From positions 17,435 through 81,434 of IMG/VR virus record IMGVR_UViG_3300025151_000024: 64,000 bases of DNA; one strand, given 5' to 3'. This stretch comes from a virus. This document shows, in pieces, positions 1 through 9,527 of the stretch (position 1 is the first letter of the stretch; each line of letters begins with the position of its first letter). Under the pieces are notes generated by a model. The model was given only the letters and a program-made list of their open reading frames with translations. It was not told where the DNA came from and searched no databases. A program made the translations under genes and the position numbers.

Positions 1-2
1 GT

Positions 3-623
3 ATGATGAAGGCTCTTAGCAGCGCACTAGAGTTACCTGTGGCTCAGACTGTAAACGACATAGAAAATGTAACTGACATGGAACTTGTAAAGCAGAAGCA
101 TAACGATGTCTACTATCTCTTTGTTACTGGAAATGTCGAGAGCGACCAATCAACTCTAGTTCTTCGTGGTGCTACTCAATCAACACTTGATGAAGTGGAA
201 AGAGGATTCGATGATGCACTGGGTGTAGTTGGTATGGTAAAAGACGAAAATAGTGTAGTGTATGGAGGAGGCTCTAGTTTTGTTGCTATGGCTTCACATC
301 TACGCAATCATGCCGCTAAGATAGGGGGAAGGGCACAAATGGCAATAGAAGCCTTTGCAGACGCTCTAGAGGTTATTCCTGCTACCATAGCGGAGAATGC
401 TGGGCATGACCCACTAGATACTGTTCTAGCGATGAGGACAAAAGTGTTAGAAGGCGATTTAACACATGGACCTGATGTAACCGAAGGTGGTATTGTTTCA
501 ATGAAAGAAAATAATATTGTAGAACCTTCTAAATTGATTAAACAAGCAGTGCTTAGTGCAACAGAAGTAACTACTGCAATTTTGAGAATTGATGATATAG
601 TTAGTAGAAGGCCGGTGGAGTAA
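3..623 (+). CDS. Group II chaperonin (thermosome-like) subunit, C-terminal part; 5' end lies outside the window
   Basis: TLVLRGAT..TLDEVERGFDDAL, YGGGS, AFADALEVIPATIAENAG.DP, IVEP, A.EVTTAILRIDDIV are thermosome/CCT signatures. Confidence 0.93.
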   Translation: MMKALSSALELPVAQTVNDIENVTDMELVKQKHNDVYYLFVTGNVESDQSTLVLRGATQSTLDEVERGFDDALGVVGMVKDENSVVYGGGSSFVAMASHLRNHAAKIGGRAQMAIEAFADALEVIPATIAENAGHDPLDTVLAMRTKVLEGDLTHGPDVTEGGIVSMKENNIVEPSKLIKQAVLSATEVTTAILRIDDIVSRRPVE

Positions 624-814
624 TGGGGCGACTGATGGACAAGTTGAATGTAACTTGTCGAGCGTGTAGCCATAAGCACGTACCTCGTAGACTAAGTGCA
701 AGATACCATGATGAATTTAAGAAAAGAATTCATCTTTGGCAATGTAAACAATGTGGGCATTTTTGGCAAGACTCTACTTTTAAGCCAAAGCGTTTATTTG
801 GTGGGCGATGGTAG
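623..814 (+). CDS. Zinc-ribbon protein, TFS/TFIIS C-terminal-like
   Basis: CRAC-x25-CKQCGHFW with central ARYHDE; start overlaps chaperonin stop (TAATG). Confidence 0.65.
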   Translation: MGRLMDKLNVTCRACSHKHVPRRLSARYHDEFKKRIHLWQCKQCGHFWQDSTFKPKRLFGGRW

Positions 815-1079
815 CATTGATAGGAGGTTTGCTACGCTAAACGGTGTATTTTTGGTTTCTACCCTCTTTAGGTCGTTCTGACGTTTGTGTTTTTCCTAGT
901 AGCAAGTGCGTATCTCTTCATCTCCTAATTCTTCTTCGCACTTCACCGTACCTCCATTAAACACACAAAAACGAAAGGGAAAAATACTAGTGGTGTATTT
1001 TTTACACCATGACCCGACCAGCCTCGACTTGCAACATGATGATGAAATTTTTAGATGAACTATTTGAGGGGTGGGAAGA

Positions 1080-1223
1080 TTGATTGACGTAAGCACAATT
1101 TCAAAAGTTTTAGAGGGTGAAATTGATACTTCATTTCTACCCGCTTACATTATGATAGGTTTTGTTTTTGTTATGGGAGCATATGCGGGTTGCTATGCAC
1201 TTTATCAAAAGTCTAGAGTCTAA
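1080..1223 (+). CDS. Small single-pass membrane protein, 47 aa (not in ORF track)
   Basis: TTG start after GAGGGGTGG; MIDVSTISKVLEGEIDTSFLPAYIMIGFVFVMGAYAGCYALYQKSRV contains one hydrophobic helix. Confidence 0.5.
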   Translation: MIDVSTISKVLEGEIDTSFLPAYIMIGFVFVMGAYAGCYALYQKSRV

Positions 1224-1238
1224 AAATCACCCTTCTAT

Positions 1239-1526
1239 TTAACCTGTCAATTCGTTTTCCAATACCCAATCGGGTAGAACTGGTAGGTTTTCATATGCCT
1301 CATCAGCAGTATCATAATCAGTGATATCTCTCCATGCCTGTCTGTAAGTTTGGATATCTGATAACTGAGAGTCTGTAAGCCCTCTATCGGGGAGAACGAA
1401 TGAGTCAGTATTCTTCATCATCATTTCTCTTTCGATAAATATTTCTTCCCATGTTATAGTTATCTCTAAAGTTTCGACTGTTACTGTTCCGTCTTCTTCG
1501 TATATTTCACGCCTTACACTTACCAT
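1239..1526 (-). CDS. Tail fibre assembly chaperone-like protein
   Basis: R....TDSFVLPD.GLT......YRQAWRDIT resembles the phage tail assembly chaperone motif (D...lpD...YRQaLRD); last gene of the fibre block. Confidence 0.7.
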   Translation of the reverse strand: MVSVRREIYEEDGTVTVETLEITITWEEIFIEREMMMKNTDSFVLPDRGLTDSQLSDIQTYRQAWRDITDYDTADEAYENLPVLPDWVLENELTG

Positions 1527-1538
1527 ACATCTCTCTCC

Positions 1539-2234
1539 TTAACTATAATTTAAATTGAATAGTATATACCTACTACTTGGTGTTCCCATTTTGTATTGCA
1601 TGCCCGAACCACCCGTTGCGAATGTTGCGGGTGGGTCACCACTAAATGTTCCCCACCTTGATACACCGGAAAAGGGTTGGTTGCTATATGAGCCACCTGT
1701 TACCCTACCGGATAAATTAGGTAATCCTCCTATTGATGTTTTCATCTTACAAGTGCCGGGAAAATCAGAAAAAGTCGCTTTACACACAAACCAATATATA
1801 TCTCCGCCTGTAACAGTAGGACTTGATATTGAAGTTATATTCTTATATCCGGTTGTCGAAACATCAATATCTGTTTTACGAAGAATAGCCGTTTGCCCGC
1901 TACAGTCACCATTAGCATCACTTGGATAAATTGCTACTGCTATTTCATCTCCCGATGCGCCCGCCGTTCCTACTTGTAATTCAATAGAGGCTAATGTTCC
2001 GTCTTTCGGCATAACAAAGGGATAAGCGTACCATGCGTTACTTTGCATAAAATAATTCATAGTGTAACCTGTTGATTGCCCATCCACACCAAAAACACCG
2101 TAAGATTTGTGAAATGAATGGTCATAGTTTGCATCCATATCTATCGTTTTATATCCGGGTGGGTCGCCAGCAGAAGCCCCTGCATCTTGCATTGTTCCAT
2201 CGCTTTTCATTTGTCTAAACGGTTGTCTGCCCAT
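1539..2234 (-). CDS. Putative receptor-binding / fibre tip protein
   Basis: Beta-rich, Gly/Ser/Thr/aromatic composition; lies between fibres and chaperone; GAGGTGA RBS. Confidence 0.5.
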   Translation of the reverse strand: MGRQPFRQMKSDGTMQDAGASAGDPPGYKTIDMDANYDHSFHKSYGVFGVDGQSTGYTMNYFMQSNAWYAYPFVMPKDGTLASIELQVGTAGASGDEIAVAIYPSDANGDCSGQTAILRKTDIDVSTTGYKNITSISSPTVTGGDIYWFVCKATFSDFPGTCKMKTSIGGLPNLSGRVTGGSYSNQPFSGVSRWGTFSGDPPATFATGGSGMQYKMGTPSSRYILFNLNYS

Positions 2235-2245
2235 TCTTAATCACC

Positions 2246-3727
2246 TCATGGATGCAAAGTAGCGTATACAGAACCCGCTAATGTTGCTGTTGAACCTTGT
2301 GTATTTTGGAATCGTATTAACATTTTACTCCCTACTGGAACATAAGTTGCTTCTAAAACTCCAATAGCCGCAGCACCATCAAATATTTGCCCGTAAGTAG
2401 TATAATTCACGGTTGTTCCATCGAAATGAGCAACAATCATTTCTGTTTGAACCTCATTATTTGTTGAATCTGTAATATGTACACTTGCGGTTATTGCTTT
2501 ATGGTCTGCACTTGCTACTTCTATTAAACTCAAATAAGCGGTGTTTGCAGTAGATGTACCGCTAACTACTGCACCTGTTTGTGATACACCCATTAAAGTC
2601 ATTTTAGCACCCGCTTGTGCATCAGACTCTAATTGCATTACTTCTGTTTGTGTTCCATTAGCAAATACTCTAAATTCAAGCGAGCCATCATTTGAACCGC
2701 TTGTTACATTATCTGATACTGCTCGTATTCTTGCATAACTTCTTTCGCCTCCTGCTGAATCTTCTCCATCAAAACCAATAGCACCTAAAGCATCACCATC
2801 AGCAGGGGAATCTGTATTTCTATACATTTTGAGAATTGGCCCATTGTTAGCATCACTATCGCCATCAACCAACATTAGAGTTGGGCCTGTATCTGAGCCT
2901 TCTGTTTCATCTCTTGTTACTGTTAATTTTCCTGTTGTTACACCGCTTGGATTGTATGTAGTATCTCCGATTTGTACTTTACCCGAACCATTAGGTTCTA
3001 TTACTATATTACCATTAGATACTGATGTTATTTTATTCCCATTAACATCTAAATTCCCACCTAATTGTGGGGTTGTATCATCCACAACATCGGAAATACC
3101 ACCACTAACAGTAGTCCATGATACAGCCGCCCCACTACCACCGGAAGTTAAAACTTGACCTGCTGTACCATAGTTAGCACCTTGAAGACCCCATTCATCA
3201 TTCGGAGTTATTCTAAACGCTTCTGACGCGCCTAGACCGCCCGCTTTTGCATAAAATTTCAATCCTTGAGTTGATTGAAAACCTAAAGCAGCCTTTGAGT
3301 TATCACTTGCATCTCTAAACTCTAAATAAGCATTAGTTCCGTTAAGTCTTAGTCTAGTATAGTTAGTTGTACCGTCAGAAAGACCGAATTTCAAAACAGA
3401 TGTACTACCTGACCCACCTAAAGCGGCAGTAAATCCTGCTGAACCTTCTATTTCATCGGCTGTGGTTGAACCTACTCCTACTTGGTCTTCTGAAATTGAA
3501 CCTCCGACACCACCACTAACAGCATCAGCAACCCACTTCGACCCATCCCATTTGAGAAACTCACCGCTGCTAGGAGAGTCTTGACCTATCTTTGTGACAT
3601 TACCTGAGCCATCGAAAGTAAAAGCGGCTGTGCCACCTGCTTCTTTCAACGAACCCCCATCATCAAGAGTTATGTCGTCAGTCACTATAAGTCCATTTTT
3701 TACCTTAAAATCCTTTTTTGTCGCCAA
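2246..3727 (-). CDS. Tail fibre / structural protein 3
   Basis: N-terminal KDFKVKNGL, DTTPQLGGNLDVNG, GTAGQVLTSGG fibre modules; C-terminal domain shared with the two upstream fibres. Confidence 0.8.
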   Translation of the reverse strand: MATKKDFKVKNGLIVTDDITLDDGGSLKEAGGTAAFTFDGSGNVTKIGQDSPSSGEFLKWDGSKWVADAVSGGVGGSISEDQVGVGSTTADEIEGSAGFTAALGGSGSTSVLKFGLSDGTTNYTRLRLNGTNAYLEFRDASDNSKAALGFQSTQGLKFYAKAGGLGASEAFRITPNDEWGLQGANYGTAGQVLTSGGSGAAVSWTTVSGGISDVVDDTTPQLGGNLDVNGNKITSVSNGNIVIEPNGSGKVQIGDTTYNPSGVTTGKLTVTRDETEGSDTGPTLMLVDGDSDANNGPILKMYRNTDSPADGDALGAIGFDGEDSAGGERSYARIRAVSDNVTSGSNDGSLEFRVFANGTQTEVMQLESDAQAGAKMTLMGVSQTGAVVSGTSTANTAYLSLIEVASADHKAITASVHITDSTNNEVQTEMIVAHFDGTTVNYTTYGQIFDGAAAIGVLEATYVPVGSKMLIRFQNTQGSTATLAGSVYATLHP

Positions 3728-3752
3728 ATTATCACCATGATTTCACTTTCCA

Positions 3753-6731
3753 TCATTTGATTAGAAGTGTGTTTACCACACTGTAAGAGTATGTCCCTGT
3801 AGAAGCCGGAGTAAATTGCAGGTCAATTGTAGAAGTGCCCTTCACTGCATCAATTGTACCTAAATCACTAGCGGCTGTTGTAATGTACGCATAAGTTGTT
3901 AAGAAAATATTAGCGGAAGCCGCTGGAGCAGAAGCACCCTCGTATGTAACTAAAACTTCCATACAATCTGTATCAGTTCCATCGCTAACCTGAACTATGA
4001 ATTTAGCAGTTCTATATGTTCCGAATGCATAGTTAGCAATATCATAAGCGGTACTTCCTGTCCAAGATTGACCAGTTGCTTCTGAAACGTCCATTATGGC
4101 TACTACTGTGGCTGAATCTGCGGCGGAATTAGCACCACCAGTCAATTGTAAACCGTCTGCTTCAAGAGCACCAGTAGCGGTTAAATCTCGCAAATCGCCT
4201 ATGTCTTTGTTAGAATCAACAACTAATGCCTTACTAGCCGTTACAGTACCGGCTGTGACTCCATCTAAAACACTCAGTTCGGCAGCAGAAATTGTGTTTG
4301 TACCGTTGTTAAGGCTCAAAGTGCCTGTACATTCTATGTTTCCTGAAACATCCAAACTTGTACCTACGATACTTCCACCAGTCAAAGTCCCTGTAGTAGA
4401 GATTGCTGATGAACCAGTATTTATTGTGCCAAAGCCGGAAGTAATGCTACCACTGTTTAAAGCACCAACTGTTGTTAGAGAAGATGTAGTAACTCCACTT
4501 CCTAATGTTGAGGCAGACAAAACACTAGCGTTGTTTATTTTGAATACTTTTCCTGTAACTAAATTCCAATGCTCACTACTTGTCCAGTTATCATTTGAGT
4601 TATCCCAAGTAATTGTGTGGTCAGTTGAACCCTTTAGAGTAATACCACCACCATCGGCAGTTGTGTCACTAGGAGAATCAACTGTTCCTAATTCTATATT
4701 CTTATCATCAACTTGTAAAGTAGTAGAATTCATTGTTGTAGTAGTTCCATCTACTGTTAAATTTCCTGTTACGGTTAGATTATCGTTAATTGTTACTTCA
4801 GATGTAGTATGACCTATAGAAATTGGAACTCCACTTGTTGCTGTACCGATTGTAATTCCATTTGTGGTGTTTGAGTTATCTATGTTTAGAGAAGTGGTTG
4901 CATCAAGAGAAATTGTAGCACCATCAACTGTTAGATTGTTGTTGAGGTCTGTTGCGCCACTTACAGTAAGACCTGTGAGAGTTCCAACTGCTGTAATTTG
5001 GCTACTTTGGTCTGCATCCACAGCAATTACAGCGTTAGTTGCAGTAAGACCAGCACCAGCCAATAGTGTAGCAATTCTATCTACTGTTGTTTTTCGGTTG
5101 GTTCCACCTGCACCATCATCTACTATGAACAAATCACCTGACGCAAGCCCCCCACCAATGTCGGTCATTCCGTCAATGTCCAAAGAGAAAGTTAAGTCGT
5201 AAGGGTCTCCGTCAGAGCCCGTTGATACATCAGTCCAGTTAATTTCTATTCCATCCCCATCAATGAACTTCACTTCTTTATTTTCATCAATTGTGACTTC
5301 TGTACCGTCCCCATCCTCTAAAACGAAACCGCTTCCCATTCCGTCTGCGCCACCTGCGGCGGCTATCCAAGTCATTACTCCGCCTGTTGTAGAAGAAAGT
5401 ACGTATCCGTTGGAAGCAGGACCAGCAGGTGGTAATGTGTAACTTACAGAAGCGGAAGACGAACCGCTAGCCTTGATTTTTGTAGTTTGAGAATTGTTGT
5501 TAAATTCCAATGTCGCTCCGTCTTTAGACAAACTAGCATTACCGCTTACATCTAATTCAAACATCAAATTAGCAGGTAATAAAGCGGCATTAGAACCGGG
5601 TGAATCATCAAAGTTTGTACCTGCATATCCAATACCGAAATATTCTGTTGAAGAAGCACCTTGAATTACCCTACCTACACCGAAATGGTCGCCTGTGCCG
5701 CTTCTACCTACAGTGAACATCACACCTTGACCTGTACCGGGTACATCTTCTGCGTTATCAAGAAGAAACATATTACCTAATTTATTGTAGGTAGTACCGT
5801 TTATGTCGTCATTTGAAACATCAGTATGCAATCTTGCTTCAACGTAATTTAATGTTGTACCACTCGTACCCGAAAGTGGGTCACCATTAACTTGGAGTCT
5901 AGTATTAGTTTCTCTAGCAGTACCATTTACTCTAAGCCAACCCTCGCCTCCTGCTTTTTCTACTGTAAGAGATGTAAATGTACCTCCAGCGGCACTACTA
6001 CCACCAATTACCGCACCATCTATTGTACCACCGTTAATATCGGCTGTAGTAACCGTACCCAAATTTGCAATAGTAGTGCCGCTAAAAGTTGAATTCTTAC
6101 CAAAAACAATTTGCTCACTTGAATTTGTTGTTATGAATTTGATATAAGAATTTGAACCTTCTGTAATATTTAGAGCATCAGCAAGGTTATCTCCTAATGA
6201 TATTTTAGCAGTAGTTGATGCAGCACCGCTAAAATCAACATTTAACCCAGCAGCAGAAGCATCAACACTAATACTATCGGCGTTTATATCACCAACATTA
6301 GTGATATTGTTATCACCAAGACTCAAATCTCCAGCGAGTGCGGTAATTGTAGTTGTACCGATAGTACCTCCCGATACCTTATCACCACTAATTTGGTCGT
6401 CAGCGAGGGTAAGTGTACCTGCTGAAACATCTAAAGTCTTACCGCTGCCTACTGTAATATCAGATGTGTTTATTGTAGTACCATCAATAGTTCCACCATC
6501 AATGTCTACCTTTGTGATATCTACTTCTCCACTACCTTTTGGAGTAATTGCAATGTTGATGTTGGTGTCAGTACCGTCTGCTTGTAGAGTAGTACCTGAA
6601 AGTGTTACACCTGCTGCGGCTACATTGGTATCAAATGTGGGAGCGTACACAACATTTCCGCTGGCTACGGTTATGTCGCCACCCTCAACATCTATACCTT
6701 TCTTTACTTTGAAATCTAGTTTTGTGCCCAT
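3753..6731 (-). CDS. Tail fibre / structural protein 2
   Basis: DFKVKKGI N-terminus, IDGGTIDG repeats, GNLTVDGTTTTMNSTTLQVDDKNIELG, C-terminal YRTAKFIVQV domain. Confidence 0.8.
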   Translation of the reverse strand: MGTKLDFKVKKGIDVEGGDITVASGNVVYAPTFDTNVAAAGVTLSGTTLQADGTDTNINIAITPKGSGEVDITKVDIDGGTIDGTTINTSDITVGSGKTLDVSAGTLTLADDQISGDKVSGGTIGTTTITALAGDLSLGDNNITNVGDINADSISVDASAAGLNVDFSGAASTTAKISLGDNLADALNITEGSNSYIKFITTNSSEQIVFGKNSTFSGTTIANLGTVTTADINGGTIDGAVIGGSSAAGGTFTSLTVEKAGGEGWLRVNGTARETNTRLQVNGDPLSGTSGTTLNYVEARLHTDVSNDDINGTTYNKLGNMFLLDNAEDVPGTGQGVMFTVGRSGTGDHFGVGRVIQGASSTEYFGIGYAGTNFDDSPGSNAALLPANLMFELDVSGNASLSKDGATLEFNNNSQTTKIKASGSSSASVSYTLPPAGPASNGYVLSSTTGGVMTWIAAAGGADGMGSGFVLEDGDGTEVTIDENKEVKFIDGDGIEINWTDVSTGSDGDPYDLTFSLDIDGMTDIGGGLASGDLFIVDDGAGGTNRKTTVDRIATLLAGAGLTATNAVIAVDADQSSQITAVGTLTGLTVSGATDLNNNLTVDGATISLDATTSLNIDNSNTTNGITIGTATSGVPISIGHTTSEVTINDNLTVTGNLTVDGTTTTMNSTTLQVDDKNIELGTVDSPSDTTADGGGITLKGSTDHTITWDNSNDNWTSSEHWNLVTGKVFKINNASVLSASTLGSGVTTSSLTTVGALNSGSITSGFGTINTGSSAISTTGTLTGGSIVGTSLDVSGNIECTGTLSLNNGTNTISAAELSVLDGVTAGTVTASKALVVDSNKDIGDLRDLTATGALEADGLQLTGGANSAADSATVVAIMDVSEATGQSWTGSTAYDIANYAFGTYRTAKFIVQVSDGTDTDCMEVLVTYEGASAPAASANIFLTTYAYITTAASDLGTIDAVKGTSTIDLQFTPASTGTYSYSVVNTLLIK

Positions 6732-6744
6732 TTAATTCACCTTA

Positions 6745-9183
6745 TCATATTGTTATTGCTTGCCACGACACCTTCACGGTCATATTCTTTAAATTATGCA
6801 GGGGGGTGACTTGTAATTCAACGTTGCTCCCGTTTATACCGGCATCATATGTTCCTTGTGCGGTCTCTGATGCATCAGATTGCGCCACAGCGTAGGTTGT
6901 TAGTGATGCTCCAGTAGCACCTGCGCCTGATGTACCGTTGTGTGTTAAAATCATTTCAGCAACTTCAAAAACGCCGTCAGTAGTATTCTCAACTTCTACT
7001 AACAATTTTGCTGCTCTAAATTTTGTTCTATCAAATAACGTAACATCAATTGCCGTGGAAGTGCTTGTGCTAGCATCAGTCGTGCTACCATACCCGAATC
7101 CTGTTTCTTTCACTTGGAAAGTTGCATCGGGAGAAGCCTGTCCTACACCGACTCTATCTGTAGTAGTATTTACTTTCAACACATTCGTGTCTATTGTTAC
7201 ATCTCCACTACCAGTAATTGTAGTGAAATTTCCAGCACCATAAACCGTATCGAAATATCCTGCTCTCCAGCGAATTAGAGTTGTACCTAAATCGTAAGTG
7301 CTATCTGCACTAGGCAGGGTATGGAGATTTAATTCCCAAGCATCGTTAGTATCACTGAAAAGAATAGTTTTATCGCCATCTGAAGAATCTAAGGTAATTC
7401 CACCACCATTTACAGCGGCATCATTTCCAACACCATTTCCTAAAGTTAAATTGATATCTTCAACATTTAGAGTGGCTGTGTCAACAGTAGTGGTAGTACC
7501 GCTTACTGTGAGATTCCCTGTTATGGTTAAATCTTGATTTACAGTAAGTGTTCCTGCCGGACCTATGCTAGTGATACCGGCCTGATTAGCATCTAAATTG
7601 AATGCACCACTAGATGCAGTTATTCCTGTACCAGCCATAGCGGTTGCTAAATCCGCAATTGTTTCTTTCTTAGAATTATTAGAATCATTAGAATCAATAA
7701 AGCCAAAAGAATCTGTGGCTACATCTACAACACCGGCTGATAGCGAATTTAAATCGCTGGCAACAGAATCTCCATCTTGTAAAATTTTAGTTGAGCCTTG
7801 ATACAATCTATTAGAATCTGTACTATCTAACCAAAGTGTATTTCCAGCAGTACCACCCGTTACAGGATTAGACGACTGTGGTGTTAATTCTAAGCCAGTA
7901 GGGTCAATAAGCCCAGTTACGGTTAATTTTCCATTTACAGTTAACTCGTTTGAACTAGTATTGAAAGATAAGTTAGCAGAACTTGTAAAACCTGAAGACC
8001 CATCACTCAGTTGCACCCTACCTGATGCGCCGTCTGAAGATGTACTAGTTGTTGTAGAATTGAACATTCTAACCCAAGCAGACCCATCAGCATTGTACGA
8101 ATAAATAGCAGATTCTGTAGGTACGATAGTATCATTCAAACCTGAAGCATCGAATGTGATGTTATTAGTAGCGCCACTTGAATTAGCGTTTGCTACTGCT
8201 ATGGTATGCCCACTAGGGAAAGTGCCTGTTGGATTGAGAGTCGTAGCCACATCTGTTGCTAATCTGTAACTTGTACCTGCATCAAAAGTGAAAGTCGTTG
8301 TTCCGCCACTAGAAGGAAGATTGACTAATTTATCAGGCCCAAGCCTAAATGTTCGCCTGTTACCATCTTGGAAACCGGAGAAATACAATACATCGTTAGT
8401 TTCAGACTGGCCGGGGTCATCCGGCCCTCTGCTCATCCACATAGCACCAAGAGAAGATGCGGTGAGGTCTCCAGTTTCGGTACTAGCAGAAGCGTGGAAG
8501 TTATCTAAATCGGTGTGTGAATCAACAGAAGCACTAGAATCTCCAGTTAATGGTGCGAAATAAATAGGCGAAGGTCGGATGTAACCTCTCTTATCATTTA
8601 TTTCTGAAATTGTAATTTTCAAATCATTAGCAGCAGCGGCGCTTCCATTGTAAGTTGCTCTAATAGTGGCTATAACAAAAGATTGTTTTGAAGTAAGAGA
8701 AGATAGTGGGTCTTTCAAAAACGCTTTTGGTGTTGTAGGAAATGCGGATGCTGTTGTAACAGGTGTCCCTTGTTCAAATCTTAAAGAATTATTATTGCCA
8801 TCTGTACATAAATATACAACGAAAATACACTCTTGACCACTAGTTAAAGCGGTTGTTGAACCTTGTAAATTAGAACTACTGCTGTTTATAGTAATGTTAG
8901 CGGTACTCCCATCCCCGCCACAAAAGTTGTACAGAACATTGTCAATAACAGCATGACCGCCCCTCACTTGAACGATATGGGCATCTCCGGTAGTCGCAAT
9001 AGCACCCGGCAAGTTAGCAGGTGTGTTTCTATCACCGTCATCTGCGACAGCATCTTCTAACAGAAGAATTCCATTACCCCTCGCTAATTCGTAAAGATTA
9101 GTAAAACTAGGACTTACGATGTGACTTCCATCCACTAATCCTTCATTTGCGCCGTCTGTATGTCCGTCTAGTGAGTTAGCCAT
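6745..9183 (-). CDS. Tail fibre / baseplate-attached structural protein 1
   Basis: GNLTVSGTTTTVDTATLNVED, P.ADSTYDLG...RW, C-terminal FRAAKLLVEV domain. Confidence 0.8.
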   Translation of the reverse strand: MANSLDGHTDGANEGLVDGSHIVSPSFTNLYELARGNGILLLEDAVADDGDRNTPANLPGAIATTGDAHIVQVRGGHAVIDNVLYNFCGGDGSTANITINSSSSNLQGSTTALTSGQECIFVVYLCTDGNNNSLRFEQGTPVTTASAFPTTPKAFLKDPLSSLTSKQSFVIATIRATYNGSAAAANDLKITISEINDKRGYIRPSPIYFAPLTGDSSASVDSHTDLDNFHASASTETGDLTASSLGAMWMSRGPDDPGQSETNDVLYFSGFQDGNRRTFRLGPDKLVNLPSSGGTTTFTFDAGTSYRLATDVATTLNPTGTFPSGHTIAVANANSSGATNNITFDASGLNDTIVPTESAIYSYNADGSAWVRMFNSTTTSTSSDGASGRVQLSDGSSGFTSSANLSFNTSSNELTVNGKLTVTGLIDPTGLELTPQSSNPVTGGTAGNTLWLDSTDSNRLYQGSTKILQDGDSVASDLNSLSAGVVDVATDSFGFIDSNDSNNSKKETIADLATAMAGTGITASSGAFNLDANQAGITSIGPAGTLTVNQDLTITGNLTVSGTTTTVDTATLNVEDINLTLGNGVGNDAAVNGGGITLDSSDGDKTILFSDTNDAWELNLHTLPSADSTYDLGTTLIRWRAGYFDTVYGAGNFTTITGSGDVTIDTNVLKVNTTTDRVGVGQASPDATFQVKETGFGYGSTTDASTSTSTAIDVTLFDRTKFRAAKLLVEVENTTDGVFEVAEMILTHNGTSGAGATGASLTTYAVAQSDASETAQGTYDAGINGSNVELQVTPLHNLKNMTVKVSWQAITI

Positions 9184-9527
9184 TATTTCACTTCCATAAG
9201 TATCTGAACGCTCATTTCATTTTCAGTAGTTTTCAATATAGGTCGAATTGCGTGTCTTGATATCGGCGTAAAGCCGTTGCTATCTTTTAGTCGGAGGTGT
9301 ACCTCCTTGATAGATTCATTGAAAGATTCAGTGATTGGAAGGTTCGCTTCAATCAAAATTGTCGAAGTATCGAGTACCGTAATCGTAGGTGTTACAGTTA
9401 CGGCTGGCCTTCCTACTGAGCCGTCACTGCTGGTTGCCGGTGTCCCATCAAAACCGAACACAACTTCGTTTATGTTAGAAGCAATTGTATCAATTAAAAT
9501 TCTTTTCAAATTATCAGAAGCCGACAT
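9183..9527 (-). CDS. Putative baseplate / tail-tip protein
   Basis: 114-aa beta-rich ORF translationally coupled between hub-like gene and fibres. Confidence 0.45.
   Translation of the reverse strand: MSASDNLKRILIDTIASNINEVVFGFDGTPATSSDGSVGRPAVTVTPTITVLDTSTILIEANLPITESFNESIKEVHLRLKDSNGFTPISRHAIRPILKTTENEMSVQILMEVK

Noticed and set aside
795-946. Minus-strand frame MKCEEELGDEEIRTCY*EKHKRQ... that would be longer with TAG readthrough
   Set aside because: Other genes here end normally at TAG and there is no other sign of recoding; likely chance
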